Shown here one piece after another: positions 32,342 to 41,463 of a DNA stretch of 43,400 bases. Made by a program: the position numbers and the translations under genes. Source of the DNA: an uncultured Candidatus Bathyarchaeia archaeon (GTDB lineage: Archaea; Thermoproteota; Bathyarchaeia; Bathyarchaeales; Bathycorpusculaceae); NCBI GenBank assembly GCA_964632825.1, contig CAZWBY010000001.1, positions 1-43,400 of the forward strand. The letters run 5' to 3'. How positions within the stretch are numbered: the stretch's first letter is position 1; each line of letters begins with the position of its first letter. Under the pieces are notes generated by a model. It saw only the letters and a list, made by a program, of their open reading frames with translations, searched no databases and was not told the origin of the DNA.

Positions 32342-34243
32342 TTGCAGCTGCCGCTTTCTCGAATTGGAGAGACTTTAATAGCCGCTCGCGACGTCATAGA
32401 GAAACCTGTCGAGATGGCAAACGTGGCGAGTAGTCAATCACTCAACAAGTCTATAGAAGGTGCATCGAAACACTATTCGTCGCTGTTTTTTCTTCCAACT
32501 TTCAAGAGAGCTCTAACCATATTGTCCGTGGTTTGCATCTGTTTCGTAGGGCTTTCAACTTTCCCCCTCTTTCGGCTGGCAAACGGACTGGCTTGCAGTC
32601 TAGCCGTAGGCGTTTCTCTTTTTGCCCTCACCCTCTTTTCTGATTTTTTGGTCAGTCATTTTGTGTTAAAGCAAGATCCCATTTTTGTAATTCGGAGAAC
32701 AGTAGCGCTCTCGCTATTTTGCTGGATCTTGTGGTTATCCTTCATTGTCATAGGCGTGGTCCTAAGTGCGATGTTCGGCTTTTGGCTTTGGATCAAACTA
32801 TGCCTTCTTGGATTTTGCGCCGTGACAACCCTCCGTGCAGTAGTCTTCTTCTCCGCTTCGTCTGTTGGTTTGCCGCGGAGCATAGCAGCTTCTCTGTTAC
32901 AGCCTTTACCCTGCATCATGCCCTTCTTGTTCTCTTGGGGCAGCATCAGTACTTCAATACCCATTCAAGTTTTGCCTTTCTTGATACTCTCGCCCTTCCT
33001 ATGTTTGGTTTCTGCCAACTTGTTTGTCTCCATGATTGATCGCCAAGGGAGAAAAACTTACGGAATTCCTTCTATGAAGCTATTCAAAGCATTTATGCAG
33101 AACTGGGTAGTCGGTCTCAATGAGCCAATCGAAAAACATCTGGAGAATCTTGGCGAGGATGAGGATATTAAGGTCTCATTTCTGGAATTTGCCTCCACTA
33201 AGCCTAAAGCCACAATAATAGTTCCCACGGTCCATCCGGGGCCGTTCAAAAACATAGGCAGCAGTCTCCTTCCGTCTTTGCTGAAAAGCGAATTTGAAAG
33301 AGAATATGGCGGCGAAGCTTGTGTTCCTCTTGGGATTCTAGGTCATGAACTTGATCTGGCCTCGCAGAAACAGAACCAGAAGATTGTTACTGCAGTGTTG
33401 GCTTCTGCCCAATCAGTGACTTTTGTTGAAGGCGCTACGCCCTTTTTCCAGGTTAGTAACGATACTGCAACTGCGAATTGCCAAGTCTTCGGGAAGACTG
33501 CTTTCCTTTCTTTTACTCTCGCTCCGAAGACAACCGAGGATTTGCCACAAGAACTATCGACAATTGTCAGAGAACAAGCAAGAAAGGTAGGTTTGGATTC
33601 AGCAGTTATTGTCAACACTCACAACAGTTTGACAAACGATCCATTAGAAGACGTCCCTCTCGAAGCCCTGCGGGATGTGGCTTCAAGAGCGCTAGACACA
33701 GCAGCGTCGACTGCCCTGCAACCTTTTCAAGTTGGCGCAGCCACGGTTTATCCTCGAGAATTTAGCTTGGCAGATGGGATGGGTCAAGGCGGAATTACTG
33801 CGATCGCGGTTAGAGTGGCTCAACAAGAGGCTGTCTACGTTATCATCGATGGCAATAATCTTGTCTCAGGGTTGAGAGAGAAGCTCCTTTCGGTTTTCGC
33901 TGAAATTGGTTTTGAGAAGGCTGAAATCTTCACAACAGATACACACGCAGTAAGCGCTGTGGTTCTGGGTAGGCGTGGCTACCACCCCGTGGGAGAGGCA
34001 ATGGACCATGATTTGCTTGTTAAATATCTGAAGGAAGCTGCAACAAAAGCCTTTGGGAACCTGGAACCTTGTAAAGCAGGATGTTTGAGCCTTGTTGTTC
34101 CTAAGGTTCGAGTGATCGGCAAATCGCGGATACATTCATTGTCTACACTTGTAGACCTTGCGCTTCAGAAAGCAAAACAAGTGGTGGTGCCTATTTTTGC
34201 AGTTGAGGGTTTCTTGCTAGTCATGTACCTTGCTGTTCTATAG
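32342..34243 (+). CDS. Large integral membrane protein (about 7 N-terminal TM helices) with a C-terminal soluble domain; DUF2070-like
   Basis: 633 aa. The N-terminal half is multi-pass hydrophobic. The C-terminal half has His/Asp-containing motifs VPTVHPGPF, GILGHELD, VNTHNS and TTDTHAVS. Size and layout recall the archaeal DUF2070 family; this is from memory only. Confidence 0.4.
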   Translation: MQLPLSRIGETLIAARDVIEKPVEMANVASSQSLNKSIEGASKHYSSLFFLPTFKRALTILSVVCICFVGLSTFPLFRLANGLACSLAVGVSLFALTLFSDFLVSHFVLKQDPIFVIRRTVALSLFCWILWLSFIVIGVVLSAMFGFWLWIKLCLLGFCAVTTLRAVVFFSASSVGLPRSIAASLLQPLPCIMPFLFSWGSISTSIPIQVLPFLILSPFLCLVSANLFVSMIDRQGRKTYGIPSMKLFKAFMQNWVVGLNEPIEKHLENLGEDEDIKVSFLEFASTKPKATIIVPTVHPGPFKNIGSSLLPSLLKSEFEREYGGEACVPLGILGHELDLASQKQNQKIVTAVLASAQSVTFVEGATPFFQVSNDTATANCQVFGKTAFLSFTLAPKTTEDLPQELSTIVREQARKVGLDSAVIVNTHNSLTNDPLEDVPLEALRDVASRALDTAASTALQPFQVGAATVYPREFSLADGMGQGGITAIAVRVAQQEAVYVIIDGNNLVSGLREKLLSVFAEIGFEKAEIFTTDTHAVSAVVLGRRGYHPVGEAMDHDLLVKYLKEAATKAFGNLEPCKAGCLSLVVPKVRVIGKSRIHSLSTLVDLALQKAKQVVVPIFAVEGFLLVMYLAVL

Positions 34244-34313
34244 GATCTTTTGCGCTTCAACAATCTTAATATTGCTTCCTCGTGTAGACTCCATTCTTGG
34301 ATTGGCGTAGCAA

Positions 34314-35651
34314 ATGGCAACTTATCCGAGGATTGTTGTCTCTCCTCCAGGTCCCGTTGCGAGAAGTTTCTTGGAAAAAGACGAGCAGTCACTCTCACCA
34401 TCGTATGAGCGTTACTACCCACTTGTCGTTGAATCCGCTCAAGATTGCATAGTCAGAGACGTTGACGGTAATGAATACATTGATTTCAATGCTGGCGCTG
34501 CATGCATGAACGTTGGTCACAACCATCCGAAGATAGTCAGTGCCATAACGAATCAGTGCAATCGTTTTCTTCATTATTCCAATGCGGGTTTCTACTACAG
34601 GGAAGTGATCCAGCTCGCGGAAAAGCTCGCGGAGATTACCCCTGGAGCATTCGAAAAGAAAACATACTTCGGCAACAGCGGCACAGAGGCTATTGAGGCT
34701 GCTGTTAAGCTGGCAAAATGGCACACGCGCAAACAGTTGCTGCTGGGGTTCGTCGGAGCCTTCCACGGGCGAACGGTCGGCGCTTTGTCAATAACAGCGA
34801 GCAAACCAGTTCAAAGACGCCATTTCATTCCTTTGATGCCTGGTGTAGTTCACGTGCCATTCCCCTATTGCTATCGGTGCCCTTTCAAACTTGGACATCC
34901 TGAGTGCCATTGCTGGTGCGTAGACTTCATTGAAGAGTTCGTGCTTCAGAAATATGTCTCTGCTGAGGACCTAGCGGCAATCGTATTCGAACCCATCCAA
35001 GGCGAGGGCGGCTGTGTATTGCCTCCCCCTGAATATTTCCCGAGGCTCAAAAGATTAGCTGACAAATTCGGTCTCTTGCTGATTGACGATGAGGTTCAAA
35101 GCGGCGTAGGCAGGACTGGCAAGTGGTTTGCCATAGAACACTGGGGGGTTGAACCAGACATAATTTGTTGCGCGAAGGCACTAGCTTCGGGGTTGCCCTT
35201 AGGTGCAACGGTGGCAAAAGCCAATATCATGGATTGGACTGCGGGGTCTCACGCGAGCACCTTCGGAGGAAATCCTTTATCGTGTTCAGCAGCAATTGCG
35301 GTCATCGATGTGATTAAGGAAGAGAAGCTTCTTGAAAATGCGAAAAAACAAGGTGACTACCTTCTGAAACGCCTTAGTGCATTCGGAGAAGAATGTGAGC
35401 TCATCGGTGACGTCCGAGGGAAAGGATTGATGGTCGGCGTGGAACTGATAGAGGACAAAGAGAGCAAGAAACCTGCATCAAGAAAAGCCACAGATGTAAT
35501 GACCCGTTCCTGGAAACGAGGTGTTGCGCTAGTGACCTGTGGCGCCTCAACTCTACACATGTCTCCCCCTCTTACAATCAACCGAGAGACGCTTGATGTA
35601 GCGCTCGACATTGTTGAAGATGTGATTGCAGAAGTTTCAAAAGAAACTTGA
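34314..35651 (+). CDS. Class III PLP-dependent aminotransferase (GabT / acetylornithine aminotransferase family)
   Basis: GNSGTEA.E.A.KLA, GAFHGRT.GALS.T, LLIDDEVQSGVGRTGKWFA.EHWGVEPDI.C.AKAL.SGLP.G and STFGGNP. Confidence 0.85.
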   Translation: MATYPRIVVSPPGPVARSFLEKDEQSLSPSYERYYPLVVESAQDCIVRDVDGNEYIDFNAGAACMNVGHNHPKIVSAITNQCNRFLHYSNAGFYYREVIQLAEKLAEITPGAFEKKTYFGNSGTEAIEAAVKLAKWHTRKQLLLGFVGAFHGRTVGALSITASKPVQRRHFIPLMPGVVHVPFPYCYRCPFKLGHPECHCWCVDFIEEFVLQKYVSAEDLAAIVFEPIQGEGGCVLPPPEYFPRLKRLADKFGLLLIDDEVQSGVGRTGKWFAIEHWGVEPDIICCAKALASGLPLGATVAKANIMDWTAGSHASTFGGNPLSCSAAIAVIDVIKEEKLLENAKKQGDYLLKRLSAFGEECELIGDVRGKGLMVGVELIEDKESKKPASRKATDVMTRSWKRGVALVTCGASTLHMSPPLTINRETLDVALDIVEDVIAEVSKET

Positions 35652-35895
35652 TTTATTCCTTCAGAAATCACGTGGTTTAGCGATAACTTCCCTTGTTCTC
35701 AGGGCAAAGATTATAGCTGCTTTCACTCCTGTCTCTCCAGTGCTCAGAGAAATAACTGCGTTGTTCATCTAATCCTTGTAGAACTACTCTTTGACCGCTC
35801 TACGCAGCAGATCCGTGTTTTTGTTTGCGGGCTTCGCAAGATGCGATTGTCTATTTTATCTTTTGGTCTATTCAGTTTCTTCTCGCAAGTGGAAC

Positions 35896-36363
35896 TCATT
35901 GTTTCAGAGTTCTTAGCTTCTTTCGAGGTTTCCGTTTGAGTTCTGTACCACAAACAGTGCATTGAGTGGACGGGCAATCAGCGGGGTATTCTCTGTGGCA
36001 TGCAGGACAGTATCTCATCCATTCAAGCAGCCGACGAATTCCGAAGGTTGCAAGAGAGGCAAACTCCATGCCGAGTTTTGTGGCAACGTTTTGAATCGAA
36101 TAGTCATCTGTTATTATTTGGGGATCGCGCCCTGAGGCTTTGATTTCTAAAGCTAATGCCAGTACTTGTTTGTCGGTCTCCGACAAGAAGAACGTGTCTC
36201 CCACCGAGATTGCTGAGGCTTCGATACTTCTCATGGACCCTTCTGAAGGGTCTCTCACCGTGAGTCTCCCACTGTCCACTGCAGTTTGGAACCGCATTTG
36301 TATCATGCAGTTTGACCGGATTTCCTCTTGGACTTTGGGTGTCGTGACTTGCTTTTCATTCAC
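35896..36363 (-). CDS. nob1: Nob1-like endonuclease (PIN domain plus C-terminal zinc ribbon); 5' end disrupted or ambiguous
   Basis: C-terminal CPACH...CTVCG zinc ribbon. The same frame stays open upstream to 36444 and encodes the PIN N-terminus ERVVVLDTSAFLAGFNPFS, but no ATG/GTG/TTG occurs in that stretch. ATG 36448 (ATGA overlap with the ppnK stop) is in the +1-shifted frame. Confidence 0.65.
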   Translation of the reverse strand: MNEKQVTTPKVQEEIRSNCMIQMRFQTAVDSGRLTVRDPSEGSMRSIEASAISVGDTFFLSETDKQVLALALEIKASGRDPQIITDDYSIQNVATKLGMEFASLATFGIRRLLEWMRYCPACHREYPADCPSTQCTVCGTELKRKPRKKLRTLKQ

Positions 36364-36444
36364 AGAAAATGGGTTGAAGCCTGCGAGAAAGGCAGAGGTG
36401 TCAAGAACAACTACTCGCTCAAGCGAGTTCTTTTCTTTGATGTT

Positions 36445-37284
36445 TCATCCCATGCCCTTGAAAAGTAACCTGTTCCGCAACCGATCGTAGAAGGCATTCT
36501 CAAACCGGATGAAAGATGTCACATTTCTTGAGCGCGTCACAGTCAAGGTCGGCGTTTCCCTCGTCAGTAGTTGGTGATGGTACCCATCGACCAAAACCAG
36601 CATTCTCTTGGGTCTCACTGCCTTGATGGTTACTTTTGAGTCTGCAGGAAAGACTACTGACCTGAACACGGTCAGGGAGCAGATGGGGGTCAATACAAAC
36701 GCGTCAACATCTAAGTCTAAGACTGGTCCTCCTGCAGAGAGTGAATACCCCGTCGATCCCGTTTGTGTGCCCAGTATCAATCCATCCGCCTGACACTTCA
36801 GAACGGGTTTTTCGTCTTTGAAGATCTGCGTGTACAATATCTTTGATGGCTCTCCAGCGGACACCACAACGTCATTGAGTGCGTCGGGAACGCCTCCCTC
36901 ACCCGTGGACACAGCGAGTTTGCAGCATTTTTCAACTCGGAAGTCTTCTTTCAGGCACTTGTCCACGGCTGCATACGCGTCTCTTGGCTCGACTTCCGTT
37001 AGGAAGCCACGGACACCCATGTTTATCGCGAGTATTGGCGATTCGGGCTTTGGGAGTGCAACGCATGTTCGTAGTATGGTTCCGTCACCCCCAATGGTGA
37101 TTATGAAGTCGGTTTTCATATTTTTCAATGCAACTGTTTTTGCCTTGGTTTTGACTTTGCCGCGCAGAGAGTCTTCAACAAAGACTTCAAGGTTTTTGCC
37201 TTCCAAGTACTCGGAGAGGGTTTCCGTGAGTTTCAATGCTTGCTTTTTGTCGTAGCGAGCGACCAGTCCGACACTCTTGAACAA
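36445..37284 (-). CDS. ppnK: NAD kinase
   Basis: DFIITIGGDGTILR, N.G..GFL, GLILGTQTGSTGYSLSAGGP. Confidence 0.85.
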   Translation of the reverse strand: MFKSVGLVARYDKKQALKLTETLSEYLEGKNLEVFVEDSLRGKVKTKAKTVALKNMKTDFIITIGGDGTILRTCVALPKPESPILAINMGVRGFLTEVEPRDAYAAVDKCLKEDFRVEKCCKLAVSTGEGGVPDALNDVVVSAGEPSKILYTQIFKDEKPVLKCQADGLILGTQTGSTGYSLSAGGPVLDLDVDAFVLTPICSLTVFRSVVFPADSKVTIKAVRPKRMLVLVDGYHHQLLTRETPTLTVTRSRNVTSFIRFENAFYDRLRNRLLFKGMG

Positions 37285-37325
37285 TTTTTCACCATTCAGC
37301 TAAATAGCGCTACCTTAAGCTATAT

Positions 37326-37766
37326 ATGGATGTTGTTCAAAATGCATTCAACAGAAACAGAGTTGGTGCGCCCATGACGAGACCAATAGATGTTGGAAGT
37401 TTACGTGTAGGCGGTTACATGATAATCGACAATGAACCCTGCCGCATTGTCGACATAACAAAGTCAAAGCCCGGTAAACATGGTTCAGCAAAGGCCCGGA
37501 TAGTGGCGATAGGCGTTTTCGATAATCAAAAAAGACAGTTTGTCAAACCCGTAGACAGTAACGCTGAAATTCCGATAATCGACAAAAGACCCGGTCAAGT
37601 GTTTGCTGTGAATCCAAACGGCGTCCAAATAATGGATCTGGAGACATTTGAATACCTAGATGCCCCATTTCCTGAAGAAGAGGACCTTAAGGCCAAGCTT
37701 GCTCCTGGTGCTGAGATAGAATACTGGAAGATATTGGGCAGAATGAAGATCGTTAGGGCAAAATAG
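37326..37766 (+). CDS. eif5a: Translation initiation factor 5A (aIF5A)
   Basis: LRVGGYMIIDNEPCRIVDITKSKPGKHGSAKARIVAIGVFD contains the hypusine-site GKHG loop. ATG 37374 (MTRPIDVG...) would give the usual ~130-aa length. Confidence 0.9.
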   Translation: MDVVQNAFNRNRVGAPMTRPIDVGSLRVGGYMIIDNEPCRIVDITKSKPGKHGSAKARIVAIGVFDNQKRQFVKPVDSNAEIPIIDKRPGQVFAVNPNGVQIMDLETFEYLDAPFPEEEDLKAKLAPGAEIEYWKILGRMKIVRAK

Positions 37767-37917
37767 GACTCCTTGTTGGTATACCCCTGCCTTTTGTCGC
37801 TGTGCTTTTTTGCTTTTTCAAGTTGCCAACTCGCATCCCCAACCGTTCTCCAGTGTCTAGTCAGAGAGAAGGAACTGCGGTCAAAGTTTATGTTCTGCAG
37901 GTTGCACTTCTATGAAT

Positions 37918-37978
37918 GAAGCCTGTGATGCATGAAGAGCCGTCTGAATCGTGAAGAGGTTATAGGGACTGAGGCTTC
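37918..37978 (+). ncRNA. Candidate C/D box sRNA (2'-O-methylation guide)
   Basis: GAAGCC-t-GTGATGC(C)-atgaagagccgt(12 nt)-CTGA(D')-atc-GTGAAGA(C')-ggttataggga(11 nt)-CTGA(D)-GGCTTC. There is a perfect 6-bp terminal stem, and the spacer lengths and box order are canonical. The C and C' boxes each deviate from RUGAUGA at one position. It lies in the 300-bp gap between eif5a and srp54. Confidence 0.5.
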
Positions 37979-38068
37979 AACTCAATTAGCTTCCGAATAA
38001 TTCGATTGCTTCAAGCCATGATATATGTTTAAATGCGCTAAAGGGTGTTCTAAACCAAGGAGAATCCA

Positions 38069-39406
38069 ATGGCTCTCGATCGATTGGGCTCATCACTGAC
38101 CGACGCCCTCAAGAAAATATTCCGCGCATCAGTGGTTGATGAGGCTGCAGTGAAGGAACTTGTCCGTGACATTCAGAGGGCACTTCTCCAAGCTGACGTT
38201 AACGTCCAACTCGTCTTAGATATTTCAAAGAGGATCGAGGATCGCTCTCTAGAGGAGAAGGTTCCGCCAGGTATATCACGAAGGGAGCACGTCATAAAAG
38301 TTGTCTACGAGGAACTGACCCGATTCGTCGGTGATAAACCCGTCCCTCTGGAGGTACAGCCTGGCAGGAAGCGTACAATTATGCTCGTAGGCATCCAAGG
38401 TTCGGGAAAGACTACGCACGCCGTCAAGCTAGCTCGTTTCTTCCAGAAAAGAGGGTTGAAACCAGCATTAATCTGCGCCGATACCTACCGACCGGGAGCT
38501 TTTGCGCAGTTGCAGCAGATGGCGAATCGCATAAACGTGCCAGTGTATGGCGATCCTAAGGCAAAGGATCCAGTTAAGGTTGTATCCGAGGGCTTGAAGA
38601 GCTTCGCCGAAAAGGATCTTGTAATTGTCGACACGGCTGGAAGGCACAAAGAAGAACGCGACCTTATCAAAGAAATGACAGCTCTAGAGAAGAGGATCAA
38701 ACCCGATGAAGTTGTGATGGTTATAGATGGGACAATTGGGCAGCAAGCTCTGGTTCAGGCAAAGAGCTTCCATCAAGCCACCCCTATAGGCGCAATCATA
38801 GTAACAAAACTTGATGGCTCAGCCAGAGGCGGAGGCGCTCTGTCGGCAGTGGCAGCAACAGGCGCTCCGATCAAGTTCATTGGAACGGGTGAAAAAATCG
38901 AAGATATCGAGTCTTTCATACCTTCCAGATTCGTGGGCCGTTTACTGGGAATGGGCGACCTGGAAACTCTTCTTGAAAAAGTCAAAGACGCCGAGATAAA
39001 GGTTCCACAGAAAAAAGCCAAGGCGATTCTCAGCGGTAAGTTCACTTTGACAGACATGTATGAGCAGTTTGAAGCAATGAAGGGCATGGGGCCATTCCGC
39101 AAAGTGTTGAAGATGCTTCCGGGGATGTCTTACAATGTGCCCGACGAAATGTTGAATACGGCTGAGGATCGGTTAGAAAAGTGGCGTGTCGTAATCCAAT
39201 CAATGCGCCCTGAGGAGAAGGAAAACCCGAAAATCTTCAACAGCTCTCGAGTCAAACGAGTAGCCCGCGGCTCGGGCACAAGCGAGAAGGATGTAAAGGA
39301 ACTCCTGAAACAATATGTAGTGATGAGGAAGATGCTAAAGATGTTCAAACGGAAGAAGAAACTTCCCTTCAACCTCGGTCAAGGGTTTCCGACTGAGCTC
39401 AAGTAG
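38069..39406 (+). CDS. srp54: Signal recognition particle protein SRP54
   Basis: N domain. G domain with LVGIQGSGKTT, DTAGR and TKLDG.ARGG. C-terminal Met-rich M domain. Confidence 0.95.
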   Translation: MALDRLGSSLTDALKKIFRASVVDEAAVKELVRDIQRALLQADVNVQLVLDISKRIEDRSLEEKVPPGISRREHVIKVVYEELTRFVGDKPVPLEVQPGRKRTIMLVGIQGSGKTTHAVKLARFFQKRGLKPALICADTYRPGAFAQLQQMANRINVPVYGDPKAKDPVKVVSEGLKSFAEKDLVIVDTAGRHKEERDLIKEMTALEKRIKPDEVVMVIDGTIGQQALVQAKSFHQATPIGAIIVTKLDGSARGGGALSAVAATGAPIKFIGTGEKIEDIESFIPSRFVGRLLGMGDLETLLEKVKDAEIKVPQKKAKAILSGKFTLTDMYEQFEAMKGMGPFRKVLKMLPGMSYNVPDEMLNTAEDRLEKWRVVIQSMRPEEKENPKIFNSSRVKRVARGSGTSEKDVKELLKQYVVMRKMLKMFKRKKKLPFNLGQGFPTELK

Positions 39407-39415
39407 GACTAAGGT

Positions 39416-40747
39416 ATGTCCATGCTTGAACAGGCTTTTTCAATGCTGGAAACCCATCCACTTTGTGACAATTGCCTAGGGAGACAGTTCGCCTTGCTCG
39501 GTCGCGGCATCGAAAACAGCGAAAGAGGAAAGGCGCTCAAGCTGATCTTGGTTCTACAGGCAAGCGCCCTCAACCTAACAAACGACCCTCAGGGTACTAA
39601 GGTGCTGAGGCTTCTGATTATGAACGGTTTCTCGCGCGAAGCTGAGGAGGCAATGCGTCAATCAGGCAAACGACTTCCAAGACTACAGTCAAAAGCCTGT
39701 TTTCTTTGCGAGAACAAGTTCCTTTCGTTAAGAAGCTTAGGAGACGAAACTCTTTCCGCTCTGTCCTACTACGAGTACTCATCCTTCCTAGTTGGCGTTG
39801 AATTGCCTGTCTTGGTAGAAGAACGAGAAGACGAGTTCAGGGCCATTCATGGAGTAGCTTATGGCGAGAGCATTCGCCACGAGTTTGGTCGCGCTTTGGG
39901 CAAGATGCTTGAAGAGCGAACTGGTAAGACTGTGGAATACCGAAAACCAGATGTGGCGATAGTTGTCAACCCTTTCTCTGGGACTGTAAGACTTCAAATA
40001 AACCCGTTGTATATTGCTGGGAGATATCGAAAACTTGTTAGAGATATCCCACAGTCAAAGTGGTTCTGTTCCAAGTGCCGAGGGAGAGGCTGTGAGAAAT
40101 GCGGTGGAACAGGAAAAATGTATCCTGAATCTGTGGAAGAACTAGTTTCAAAACCCTTGCTGGAAGCGGCTGAGGGAGAGAAAACAGCCTTCCACGCGTC
40201 AGGGCGCGAGGACATCGATGCACGGATGCTTGGGCGGGGAAGGCCATTCGTCATTGAAGTTTCAAAGCCCAGAAAGAGGGCACTTGACCTGGCTAGTCTG
40301 AAGGAAGCTGTCAACAGTGATTCAGCGGGCAAGGTTGAAATCTCTACCCTGCGAATAGTAAGCAAGGATTTCGTAGGGAAACTTAAGAAAGCGGAGGGCG
40401 TGCAGAAAGAGTATTTCGTTTTGGTCGAATTCGAACACGACATTTTGGAGAAGACCCTTGTCTTTTTGGAAAAAAAGCTTAGTGACGCACTGATAAAACA
40501 GCAAACGCCAAAGCGTGTGTTGCATAGGAGAGCAGACCTTACCCGAGAAAAGTACATATATAAGGTTAATGTTAAGATGGTTTCTCCTAGACGCATTGAG
40601 ATGCAAGTTCGTTGCCAAGGCGGTCTCTATGTTAAGGAATTGGTGTCTGGGGATGATGGAAGAACCACGCCAAGCGTTTCGGAATTGCTCCTTAACAAGG
40701 CCAAAACTCTCAAGCTTGACGTTATGAACGTCTTGATGGATGACTAG
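39416..40747 (+). CDS. pus10: tRNA pseudouridine synthase Pus10 (Psi54/55)
   Basis: N-terminal zinc module LCDNCLGRQFA...CFLCE and CSKCRGRGCEKCGGTG, a THUMP-like region, and a catalytic domain with GREDIDARMLG.GRPFV.E. Confidence 0.85.
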   Translation: MSMLEQAFSMLETHPLCDNCLGRQFALLGRGIENSERGKALKLILVLQASALNLTNDPQGTKVLRLLIMNGFSREAEEAMRQSGKRLPRLQSKACFLCENKFLSLRSLGDETLSALSYYEYSSFLVGVELPVLVEEREDEFRAIHGVAYGESIRHEFGRALGKMLEERTGKTVEYRKPDVAIVVNPFSGTVRLQINPLYIAGRYRKLVRDIPQSKWFCSKCRGRGCEKCGGTGKMYPESVEELVSKPLLEAAEGEKTAFHASGREDIDARMLGRGRPFVIEVSKPRKRALDLASLKEAVNSDSAGKVEISTLRIVSKDFVGKLKKAEGVQKEYFVLVEFEHDILEKTLVFLEKKLSDALIKQQTPKRVLHRRADLTREKYIYKVNVKMVSPRRIEMQVRCQGGLYVKELVSGDDGRTTPSVSELLLNKAKTLKLDVMNVLMDD

Positions 40748-40762
40748 GTAAGGTGAATATGA

Positions 40763-41059
40763 TTGAAGAAGTCAAAAGGATACAGAAGGGGAACGCGCAG
40801 ACTCCTGAAAAAATCCACTCGAGAGAAGGGTAAGCCAAAGCTCGGGAAACTTCTCGTGGCGCATGAGATTGGCTCGCAAGTAATCATAAAAATAGATTCT
40901 AGCGTTCAGAAGAGTCAGCCTCATAGGCGGTTTCACGGAAAGATCGGTATTGTAAAAGACAAACGCGGTCGCGGGTACGTAGTTAGTGTGCCTCAGGGCG
41001 AAGCCGTGAAAGAGATAAATGTGCGCTCTGAACATCTAGAGGCATACAAGGGGAATTAG
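40763..41059 (+). CDS. rpl21e: 50S ribosomal protein L21e
   Basis: SKGYRRGTRRLLKK..REKG...LGKLL....IGSQV.IKIDSSVQK.QPHRRFHGK.G.V...RGRGY.V.V. Confidence 0.9.
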   Translation: MKKSKGYRRGTRRLLKKSTREKGKPKLGKLLVAHEIGSQVIIKIDSSVQKSQPHRRFHGKIGIVKDKRGRGYVVSVPQGEAVKEINVRSEHLEAYKGN

Positions 41060-41064
41060 TTCTT

Positions 41065-41406
41065 ATGGGCAAGAGAGAGTTGAGTGAGACTAGGCTCACC
41101 CTGCCTCAAGTCAAGAAAGAATTGGCGGTTGTTGGCGAAGAGAACCTAGACCAGTTCCAGAGACGTACATTGGACTACGTTTCAAAGTTCTCCAAAATTG
41201 ACGAATTGGCCACACCAGCCCTTGTGGAGCGACTAACCAAAGAGTTTGGACTAGACGATGACGAAGCAGTGCAGGTAGTAAATTGTGCACCCGAAAGCGT
41301 AGACGAGATGCGAGTTTTCTTGGCAGGCGGGCGCAAAATAATCGAAACTACAAAGCTTGAATCAATAATAGGTCTGCTGAACGAGAACAGGGTTACAAAA
41401 CAGTAA
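41065..41406 (+). CDS. rpoF: DNA-directed RNA polymerase subunit F (Rpo4/RpoF)
   Basis: 113 aa, helical. It occupies the RpoF position in the conserved archaeal cluster L21e-RpoF-DUF655-KsgA. LTLPQVKKEL...QRRTLDYVSKFSK... is RpoF-like. Confidence 0.7.
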   Translation: MGKRELSETRLTLPQVKKELAVVGEENLDQFQRRTLDYVSKFSKIDELATPALVERLTKEFGLDDDEAVQVVNCAPESVDEMRVFLAGGRKIIETTKLESIIGLLNENRVTKQ

Positions 41407-41463
41407 TCAGGGGCGAGACTCAGCCAAGTTTTTTAAGCAATAGTAGCTTATAGAAGGGTTATC

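Noticed and set aside
35661-35977. Small minus-strand ORFs downstream of nob1 (35-aa MNNAVISLSTGE... at 35661-35768; 70-aa track ORF 35765..35977)
   Set aside because: The 70-aa ORF overlaps the nob1 zinc-ribbon coding region in another frame. The 35-aa ORF has no recognisable features. Neither can be supported.
39994-40596. 200-aa minus-strand ORF (plus 40322..40618 and 40038..40247)
   Set aside because: Antisense to pus10. Ser/Leu/Phe-rich shadow-ORF composition.
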